A stretch of DNA of 64,000 nt. It comes from Tubiluchus corallicola. Lineage: Eukaryota > Animalia > Priapulida. The DNA lies in assembly GCA_030141605.1 (NCBI GenBank), contig JAQGDQ010000271.1:1-64000 (forward strand), read 5' to 3'. This document shows positions 1-10,100 of the stretch, piece after piece. The position numbers and the translations under genes were made by a program. The stretch's first letter is position 1. Every line of letters starts with the position of its first letter. The notes beneath the pieces were generated by a model, which saw only the letters and a program-made list of their open reading frames with translations, was not told where the DNA came from and searched no databases.

Positions 1-873
1 AGTGGTAGTAGTAGCAGTAGTAGTCGTAGTAGCAGCAGCAGCAACAGCAGTAGCATCAGTAGTTTATTGACCATAAATTAATGTTTACAATTTTTGACAG
101 GGATAGCAGAATTTAAACATTTCAAAGTTCAACATTTTCTGCTTTTCAGATAACAGCAACATTATACAAAGGCTAAAAAAATTTCACAATAATAAATTTT
201 CATTCTGTGACAGTGAAAGTTTTCGCGATAATGGAGAAGATGGCGATGATATTGTTAACTTCACTTGTATTAATACGCCTGTAAGAATGTAAAACGTACG
301 ATATCCAAGTCATATTGTTCGTTATTTTATTGTTGGAATCACTGGACGAAATGCTACTTGTACACTTTTAACAAGCTAAATTCTGCTATGGTAAAATTCT
401 TCAAATCTAGATATGGTACTCCGAGTTCTACAATTTGTGTAGAAAATGACGTTAATCATTTTAAAGTCATTTTAATCGTAAATGAACGTGTAATCTTAGA
501 GATCGTGTTTTAAACTCTTGTAATGGTTTATTAAACTTGTAATTTACAATGTAGTCATGTTTTTATATGCTCTAAAATTTTTGCTCTTTGGAATGTAATT
601 TTAATGTACTTTTAATGTTTGTCATTTTTGAAAATACTTTAACTAATTTCTCTTCTTATTTTTCTGTAAATTGTAACTAATTAGTAATTTTATAATTAGT
701 AATTTTTAGTAATTATTGTATTTTTATGGCTTAAGATTTATAGCTTATAGCACAAATAAAAAATAAAATAAATAATAAATTGACTTTTTATTACAACCAG
801 TTAAAACATTTATAGTTAAAATGACACAACTTTACTGAAATTTTTAATTTACAAAGTTGAAAAGTTAAAATAA

Positions 874-917
874 TGTCAACCGTTTCGACTAGCTGCTGCT
901 GTCATCATCAGTGGTAA
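874..917 (-). ncRNA. Minimal hammerhead-ribozyme-like motif (opposite arm)
   Basis: Reverse strand reads acca-CTGATGA-tgacagcagcagctagtc-GAAAC-ggttgac. Confidence 0.55.
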
Positions 918-1186
918 ATTTACAAACATACAACCAGTTTATGTAAACAGAGCCTGTTATGCACTAATTAAGTTGTTAACAGAAGCCAAATAGGTAATGA
1001 TTAAACAGACCAGTAGAAAAGAAATTGATACAGTAAATTATGCACTAATTTTGTATTTAACAGAAGCTAAATAGGTAATGATTAAGCAGACCAGTAAAGA
1101 AATTAATACTGTAACCTGTTAATAATTAGTGCATAATGTTCTATACTGTAGGTCTGCCTGTATAAGCTGGTTGTATGTTTGTAAAT

Positions 1187-1230
1187 TTACCACTGATGAT
1201 GACAGCAGTAGCTAGTCGAAACGTTTGGCA
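1187..1230 (+). ncRNA. Minimal hammerhead-ribozyme-like motif (Penelope type)
   Basis: acca-CTGATGA-t-gacagcagtagctagtc-GAAAC-gtttgg: conserved core boxes, stem II closed by GAC/GTC, palindromic AAACGTTT stem III, cca/tgg stem I. Confidence 0.6.
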
Positions 1231-1305
1231 TGATTTTAACTTTTCAACTTTGCAAAGTAAAAATTTTAAGAAAGTTGTGTCATTTTAACTATAATAAATA
1301 GATAT

Positions 1306-1779
1306 TATAGGTTTTACATGTCAAATGTAGACCTGCGTTAACTCAAGTGTAGATTTAAGTCATTCAAATGTGTCTTGGTAACTCAAAAGTAGACTTAGGT
1401 AGTTCAAATGTGTTAACAATGGTTTTCAACAAATTTAAGCGCTTTTGGTAAATCAAATGTAGATTTAGGTAATTCTAATGTGTCTTGGTATCTCAAATGT
1501 GGATAGGTGGCAAAGTTCAAGGATATTAAAATTAATCTTCTTTAATTTCAATTTAATAATTGCTCCTAAGTTAAAAATGCACTATCTTTGGTTTATCTTT
1601 TTCTAATTTGCATTTAAATAACTTAATTACCGATTTATTCAAAGTATTGCATCTACATTTGACTTACCTAAGTCACATTTCAATTACCAAAACACATTCG
1701 AAATCCCTATGTCTACATTTGACTTACCTAATTCACATTTGAACTTTCCTGTGTGTACATTTGACGTGTAAAACCTATA
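1306..1779. mobile_element. MITE with TIRs and internal TCAAATGT subrepeats
   Basis: tataggttttacatgtcaaatgta ... tacatttgacgtgtaaaacctata terminal inverted repeat. Subterminal arrays of a tcaaatgtag/ctacatttgac motif. Confidence 0.7.
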
Positions 1780-2164
1780 TATTCTCGACAATAACGTTGC
1801 CATGCATAAAACACGTATCAAAACTCAGTAAACAACCAAGCATATCTATAGTCACACATTATTTCACATTAATCGTATTAAATTTTAGTATCTTTTGGAA
1901 TCGTTCATTTTGAAAAAGTCAAATGAACATAATAAACAGCAGAAACGTGCCTGTCGTGAGGAACTATTTTGTGACGCGTGATAACACAGTAGTAAGTAGC
2001 AGAGTTAAGCAGAAAGCGGGTGGAAAACACATTGTGTCATTGATTTCGTCCTTATTTTTGTAATAGTTTCTGTCTTATAGAAGATTAAACTTTCTTTTAT
2101 CGTTAAATTTTGAGTTCTACCAATTTCTATGAACTGAAACAATCATCAACAGATGAAATAAGAT

Positions 2165-2733
2165 AATGCTGATAGGGATTTGATTTGTTTAACCTGTAAT
2201 GGTAGAGAATTTCAAAGTAGAATTGCTTGCTTGATTACAGAGTTCGTTCCATAGTGGGTATTTGTCCTAATTTGTTTCACAACAAGTAATCTAAAACAAA
2301 TTAGGACAAATACCCACTATGGAACGAACTCTATAATCAAGCAAGCAATTCTACTTTAGAATTCTCTACCATTACAGGTTAAACAAATCAAGTCCCTATC
2401 AGCATTTAAAACAAAATTAAAATCACTAATATTAACCAGATATGAAATACCATCACACCAGTACGATAACATACACACTAATTCAGAATTTATATATCCA
2501 CGGCCATATTAATTAAATCATAATTTTTTCATTTTTTGTGCATAGTTGTAAATATATTTGATTTTATTCGTCGTTACTTTCCATTACTGCACAGTAGTTT
2601 AGATTGCACTGACGCATTTGCCTTTAGCAGTGTAAGTTTTTATTAACTAACACTGATTGATCATCTCTGTAAAGTTTTTATCAGTGATTATTAATGTATT
2701 TTAATGGCAAATAAAGATTATTATATTATATAT
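2165..2733 (+). mobile_element. 5'-truncated L2/CR1-type LINE 3' end with 113-bp inverted duplication at its 5' end
   Basis: 2293-2445 translates KQIRTNTHYGTNSIIKQAILL*NSLPLQVKQIKSLSAFKTKLKSLIL (ORF2 C-terminal WNxLP..FKxKLK type), followed by AATAAA and a (TTA/TA) tail. 2165-2277 is the reverse complement of 2294-2406. Confidence 0.65.
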
Positions 2734-3069
2734 AGAAGCGATTACGCCATGAAAGCAAAACTAAGAAACGTTTTCCTATAGTGCCTGAACAAATTTAGTT
2801 CAGCTTGACTGATTAAAACTAAACATGTCTACGTGACGAAGCGAACAGCAAATAAATTAATAAATTTGTTGTAATCCTTTGCGAAGGAGAACAGCATGGC
2901 AGCATTACAAGGTTGTTTGTATAAAACTCTCTAGTCACCCCTGTAAGCTGGGTCAGCCCAAAGGTCGAGTATTGTTCGATTGAACGAAATAATTATTTTC
3001 ATACAAAATTATTAAACGAAATTAGTATTATTATTATTATTTACGTTTTTTTGAGATAGCTCTTCAACA

Positions 3070-3285
3070 AGCCATAGAAGCAGCTAAAAAACCTGCAGGA
3101 GGACAAATATAAACATATTTAGATTTTGCACAGAAAGATTTAAACACTTCAGCATTGATCCTTAGAAATAAATGCGCTTGGGGCATTGCGGCTAGCAGGG
3201 AGTCCTGGCATAGGGAGGTGAGCAGAATCATGTCACTGGACGTGTGATTCATTGGGTGATGATAATGATGATGATGATGATGATG
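3070..3285 (+). mobile_element. RTE-type LINE 3' end fragment
   Basis: Near-identical to the reverse complement of 15788-15990 (3' end of the RT-coding fragment). Ends in a (GAT)n tail. Confidence 0.75.
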
Positions 3286-4719
3286 TTTTTATTTCATTCC
3301 TTGCGGTTTTAAACACTACCCATTCATAAGGCGTGAAATAGTCATTAAGATTCAGTAATACATGTGTAGTAAGGTATAATAATAACAATTAAACGTTAGA
3401 TTAATAAGCACTATTCATATACGTAAATGTTCTAAACACAATAAGACACACCATGTATATCCTTGTGGGGACATTCAAACTGAGAAACACGTTATACAGA
3501 CATGCCCCCTAACATCAAATATTAGAAACCGCTACGACAGTGTAAACTTTGCTGATTTAACTCACTTCTTTGAGCACACTAATTGTTATATAATATGTTA
3601 TGAAATTTTGCAACTTTTATGCTGATGTGCCTTGTATGCATAACACAGTTTTTAATGCTATAACCTTGAGTAGGAAATGTACGTAAAGTGACATTTGGAC
3701 TAAAATCACTAATGTATCGATTGTGGCATTTACCTCGTTCCTCGTGTATACATGTAACTTGTTTTAGTCAATAAACTACATACATATAAGTTGATTGAAA
3801 ATAAATTAAGACAAAAGTTCACGCAGTACGGCCATTTTGACTCATTTTGTAATTCGACTTAAAAAGCATCTGAGCTTGTCAAGGATTTGTAAGCGTTGTA
3901 TAAGTTTACACTTTCACAATGGCTCTATTTTGAGTAAATTTTTGGATTTTGCAGTTATTTTGCCCAGTACAATTCAAAAACATACTCATTCCTCAATTTA
4001 ACTTTTTCCCGTTTGGCTGTAGAAAAAGCTGCTACGTAAAAATGCTAAGTTGTAGGTATACTAATTTATACTAAACAACTAATGTGTATAATACTGTAGG
4101 TTTACTGAAGCATTTAATTAGGCTTTCCCAAAATTTTGGTGCCTACAACTACCTAGTTCCTAGCGCCATCTCTGTACAGGTTCCCAGAACCCTAACGGTT
4201 CTTAAAGAAAAGATCAAGTCTTCTGGGAAGTGAGGCTTATTTCCATATTCGCAAAAAATGTTAGAAGGATTTAGTAATAAAACTGCAATAAGCGTCTCGT
4301 GTAATTAGTAAAACCAATTTAAAGTCTCTATCACTTCATGCTTGGGCGCTCCCATTTTCAACACCCTTCTTCTTCCAATGACGTCATTCATCCTGAAGAA
4401 AAGTAGCGCACTTTTCACAAGTATTATTAGCGCATCTTTGTCAAAAGTATTATAAGTTTTTGCAAAAATATTAGATAGCTCATTTGTAGATTTTTGAGTG
4501 AATACATAGTAAGCTGCAGAAGTTTGAATTAATTTAAGAACCAGTGTTCACGGAAATCCACGATGCGCTTACGAAAAGTCACGAAGTCCCCCAGTTACGT
4601 CATAATATTCAAGTGAATGGTGGCAACCATCATACCTGAAAATTTCTATTCAGAGGTTGTATATTTTAGATTTATGCTTTGTAGAAAGTTTTTTTGCAAA
4701 TTTCTTTGTTATATTTTTC

Positions 4720-4948
4720 TAAGTTTAAGTAATAACAGTGAAATAAACCCGACATACTGACTGACTTGTTCTTTCCTTTAGCACACCACAAATAGTTTAA
4801 GTGATAGCAGTAAAACAAGCCCAACGTACTGACTGACTTGTTTTTTCCTTTAGCACACCACAAACAGTTTAAGTGATAATAGTAAAACAAGCCCAACATA
4901 CTGAGTGACTTGTCATTTCCTTTAACCCACCACAAACAGTTTAAGTGT
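4720..4948. repeat. Tandem repeat, ~73 bp x3
   Basis: Unit agtttaagtgata..gtaaaacaagcccaac.tactgactgacttgt..ttcctttagcacaccacaaa seen three times. Confidence 0.85.
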
Positions 4949-5550
4949 TTTTTCCTTTAAAACCTAATCATAAAATGTTTACCCAATTATGTTTATAGAT
5001 TTATTACGTTATTTAGGCAACACTAATTTCGCGTGGTGTTTGCAGGCTATAATTATAATAATTATGATATCTATTATGTTTGATTAAATTAATTTCTGTG
5101 ACTCTTTATAGCACAGTAATTGTTGTTTATAATCATTACGCTTGGCCTAAGTGGAACAAAAACATTTGAACAGACGATAGACTTGCTTGAACCGCATGAT
5201 ATATGAATGAGCAAGTCAAGGTTACTCACGACCTTCTGACTTCTACGCCCCCGCATATGTCAAGGTAACCCCCGGTACAGCATCCGCGTCTTAAGAGGTG
5301 GTCAGTTGAAACATCTTTATGAACCATTATTAGTAATGAATCTATTTATAATTTAACTAGACCCGTCATTAAAACGGATTTATTGTCGTAGTATTTTCAG
5401 TAATTCAAGCGCATCCATTTCTAATTCGATGTCAGCCATTAATTTTTGATAGTAGCTCTACGCAACAAATAATGTTTTCTTCAACAGAAAATGAAAATTT
5501 ACTTGCTCCATTTCAGTTTCTTCCTGTGTCCCTTTGTCCGTCAACCCGAT

Positions 5551-5818
5551 CCTCTCTTTCTCTCTCTCACTCTCTCTCTTTTCTCTCTGTCTCTCTTTCT
5601 CTCTCTCTTTGTCTCTCTTTCGCTCTCTCTCTCTCTCTCACTCTCTCTCTTTTCTCTCTCACACACTCTCTCTTTTCTCTCTCTCTCTCTTTGTCTCTCT
5701 TTCGCTCTGTCTCTCTCTAACTCTCTCTCTTTTCTCTCTCTCTCTTTGTCTATCTTTCGCGCTCTCTCTCTCACTCTCTCTCTCTTTTCTCTCACTCTCT
5801 CTCTCTCACTCTCACTCT

Positions 5819-5850
<32 letters not shown>

Positions 5851-5906
5851 TTCGCTCTGACTCTCTCTCTCTCTCTGTCTTTGTCTCTCTTTCGCTCTGA
5901 CACACA

Positions 5907-5942
<36 letters not shown>

Positions 5943-5964
5943 GTCTCTCTCTCGCGCTCTCTCT

Positions 5965-6008
<44 letters not shown>

Positions 6009-6145
6009 GTCTCTCTCTCGCTCTCTCTCTTCGTCTATCTTTCGCTCTCTCTCTCTTCTCTCCCTCGCTCTCTCTCTCTCTCTCTCTTTTCTCTCTCACA
6101 CTCTCTCTCTCTTTCTCTCTCTCTCCCTCTCTGCATCTCTCCCCC
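5551..6145. repeat. Imperfect (CT)n microsatellite, ~600 bp
   Basis: Polypyrimidine CT run interrupted by ttgtct/ttcgct. Explains the SL- and RE-repeat ORFs. Confidence 0.95.
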
Positions 6146-6784
6146 TACATCACTAAACCTGTTACCTTACTATAAACTTAGTTAATACGGCGGTCAGCCT
6201 AAAGCTTCGACACAAAAATCAAAATTCCTTGGTCTCTTTCATGGTAACTGCACCTTTACATTTCGCTACCTCATCCCACTTGGACCGTAACGGGTCGTAC
6301 GTAATCAGAAAAGGAAAGTGTAAAATAATGTCCCTGTGAGCCAAACTATGCCAACTTCTTAGTAAATGCAGTCAGATCTTTACAATAATCGAACAAGAAA
6401 GCGTCCCTGGCAGTTGAACTATGTCAACTTCTTAATGAATGCACCCTCAACTTTACAGCCTTGGGCGCTGTTTGCTATTGTCGTACTCCATATATATTGA
6501 ATGGCCTTAGGCTTTCACGTACGGGTTATTCTACGCATGCTCAAATCAATAAAACGATTAAGACAATTCAATAGTAAAAATACTACTATCCACACCACGT
6601 GGGTACGCTCAAGGTTTTTCACGCGGTATTTCATTCATAAATTTTGCCAGAATTCTATAATGAGTTAAGATGCTGTTTGAGTTTATCAGAAGAACGTTCT
6701 CACTGGATATAATCATTTCAAGTGCTTTTATTATTATAAAAAATGATTTTCTCAAGATCAGTACGCGGCGTAGTGCAGCTAACG

Positions 6785-7073
6785 ATGACGATGGTTGTTT
6801 TGATGTTGGTGATGACTGGTGTCTTTGGGGCACCAAGAAGAAGCATCAGTTCAGATGATCACGAAGCTATTGTAAGGCGAATTAATTTTATTTTAATTGT
6901 AATAAGATTTAGTGAAATATTTTACATTTTTCAGTACAACAATAGTCTTTTAAACATAAAAATAAAATAGTTAAAAACGTAACCAATATAAGATACTTTA
7001 GGACTAAAAAAGTACTGCGGTATTATACATACATAAATAAATGCTTCAATTCTTTATGCTTTGTAATCTAAAG

Positions 7074-7104
<31 letters not shown>

Positions 7105-10100
7105 ATGGTTTATTTGATGTAAAATGGATTACAACAAAACCACATTCCTCAGTGCTAAAACTAATTAATAATCATTAAAATACTACTAGAGGCAAATACG
7201 TCTAGCGCAAAACTATAAACTAGAAATAACTAGAAATACTCATTTATATACATAGATACAATAGGTACGTAATACAATATATCAGTAAGGTACATAATAA
7301 ACATAAGACGAAGTTTACATTAATTTATTACAATGTACATATATATATATATATATAATGCATAATACAATACATAGGCATAATATGATAAGTAAAATAT
7401 GTAACAACAAAGACAAAATTTACATCCAAAGTGTATTTACATTTGATGCAACATTGGTTGGCATCCTTCTGTTTCGGAAGACAATGGAGTGTGCGCCAAG
7501 AGAGTCAGTTATTGATCACATTGATGGAGCTGCAGCGTCGACTGTGGCTGAGCAGTGCGATACTTGAACGTCTCCAGGGCGCACGCCTGGGCAAGGTGTA
7601 TGGAGATCCTGAGTTGCCCTGACAACAGGAACATCCTCTCTTCCTCCCTGGTGTAGTCCAAAGGAAAGCGGTGCGATACGTTTGGCACCAGGTTGGCTGC
7701 AGAAGCTGCCAGAGTCACTGAGCATGCTGTGCTGGTCTGCCTTTGGCGCTCCACTCCTGATTTGGAAGGTTTACTCCTCTACACATGGCCGTTGGGTCAC
7801 TTGACCTCCTCCGCCCTCTAGCCGTTGGCTGCTTGTGCAGCTCCTCCGCCTAGTGTCGAGATACAGTGTGGGCATCCCGCAAGCCTACAGCACCTGGTAT
7901 TCCTAGGCGGTCACCCATCCAAGTACTAACCAGGCTCTACGTTGCTTAACTTCGGTGATCAGACGAGAACCAACGTGATTTATTATAACGGTAACTTAAC
8001 ATTATTATAGTTGTATCTACAATGAAGTTCATTTTTTCAGGACTATCTACGTAAATACGGATACTTAAGTGAAGCAGATGACAATCCGTCACCGTCTGAT
8101 GTCAGACAAGCTCTCAGGTTCGTCTAATGGGTTTACTTTTCCTTTAAATTAACTTGCGAACAAAAATATGATTATTTTACTTACGTCAGGGATAGCGCAG
8201 TGCTTACCCACAATTTAAAGCAAAACAAAACACCCATCACAAATAAAGCTTAAATATCGTCTTACAATTTTATACCACTTATATACTGACTTATTGCGCA
8301 CTGGGCTTGCGTTAGCAGTAACATTGTATAAAATTTAAACTCTCGGGATGGTCGTTAAGCGCAGCCATTTTTACGGTAAGGAGTTTGAAACAGGCTCCAA
8401 TAATCTGAGTCAACGACATTTTGCCAGTAAGATTAATATGTTTTGGTGAGTCAGTGGTGCACATTGAGAAGCTGAGTCAACGACATTTTGCCAGTAAGAT
8501 TAATAATATGTTTTTGGTGAGTCAGTGGTGCACACTGGGAAGCTGAGTCAACGACATTTTGCCAGTAAGATTAATATGTTTTTGGTGGGTCAGTGGTGCA
8601 CACTGAGAAGCTGAGTCAACGACATTTTGCCAGTAAGATTAATAATATGTTTTTGGTGAGTCAGTGGTGCACACTGGGAAGCTGAGTCAACGACATTTTT
8701 CCAGTAAGATTAATAATATGTTTTGGTGAGTCAGTGGTGCACACTGAGAAGCTGAGTCAACGACATTTTGCCAGTAAGATTAATAATATGTTTTTGGTGA
8801 GTCAGTGGTGCACACTGGGAAGCTGAGTCAACGACATTTTGCCAGTAAGATTAATAATATGTTTTGGTGAGTCAGTGGTGCACACTGGGAAGCTGAATCA
8901 ACGACAGTTTACCAGTAAGATTAATAATATGTTTTTGGTGAGTCAGTGGTGCACACTGGGAAGCTGAGTCAACGACATTTTTCCAGTAAGATTAATAATA
9001 TGTTTTGGTGAGTCAGTGGTGCACACTGAGAAGCTGAATCAACGACATTTTGCCACCTTACGCGAACATTTTAAATTATTAAATTATTTTCTTTTCTATC
9101 TACACAAGTCTTTCAAGCAGATAACCGTGATGCTAAGTAGTACAACTTTGTTTGGAAAGCTTTTTGGGACACACTGTACTTGAAAATTCCCATTTCTTCC
9201 CTATTAATCCTAGTGAAGAATTAACTCTGTCTTCTAATGAATGTCGAGTCTGTTCACACTCTTTAAAAATCTGATTAGCCTGAGTGATTAAGCATACACA
9301 ATACCATTTCTGCTACTCTGTATATATTTTAATGCCAAATTTATTTTTAATACTGTAATGTTTTTTTGTATAATAATCACCTGAAAAATGTCATGTGCCT
9401 GTAAGTGAACTTGTTTTTTTGTAAGTGACCAATAGGTCTTTCGCTGCTCCTTCTCAGTTGCATTGAAATGTCAAAATAATCATGTCGAAATTTTAACACT
9501 TATTGAGAAAATAAAGTTGAATTGAATTTAATTGTTCTAGAAAGAATTTTATGCGTCACAGAACAGATATTTCAACAACTTTTCTCTTCTGTAAGAAGTG
9601 AATCAACATTCCTTATCTTTCTGCTGTATTTGTGTTGGCATGTCAAGCGTGGCTTCCACGTTGGAACGAAATTTTGCCGTTTTACCTCAAAGCATTAGCA
9701 ACAATATCAACTTTCGTTTACACAATTGTAACTGTGGATGCGTCCAGGCAAAGAAACGGCAAAAATCAGTATTAAACTGTGTGATAGACCTGTAATTTAT
9801 TAAAATAACAGATCACAAAAAGTGCTTAAGAACGTGCTAAAGGTTATTACTATTTAGACAAAATGAAAAGTTAGATTTAAGTAGACTGAAACGCAAATTA
9901 TTACTTTATGATTCTAGAGATTTGAAGCAATTCTAACCAATTTAAACTATTAACTAATTATTGTAATTAGTTGGTAGTAATACAATGTATACAATGTATA
10001 CAATGTAAGTAGATGGTGACTTACATTTACTGGTGACAACTTTGGCTTGAAGATACAACTAGTGACTGTTAAATTGTAACAAAATAGACAAAGCAATGCA

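Larger units (their letters stand above)
785..1294. mobile_element. Fold-back (inverted-repeat) Penelope-like non-autonomous element with a hammerhead core in each arm, copy 1
   Basis: Arms of about 140 bp (810-950 vs 1153-1294) are reverse complements. Each has CTGATGA-[GAC..GTC]-GAAAC. The spacer holds two ~77-bp direct repeats. Homologous copy at 56343-56715. Confidence 0.7.

Noticed and set aside
5472-6156. Long SL- or RE-repeat ORFs
   Set aside because: Translations of the (CT)n microsatellite, open in several frames on both strands.
7358-7754. Short ORFs recurring at 44597-44854 and 46358-46760
   Set aside because: Incidental frames in the GC-rich SINE body. Indels between copies break them differently.
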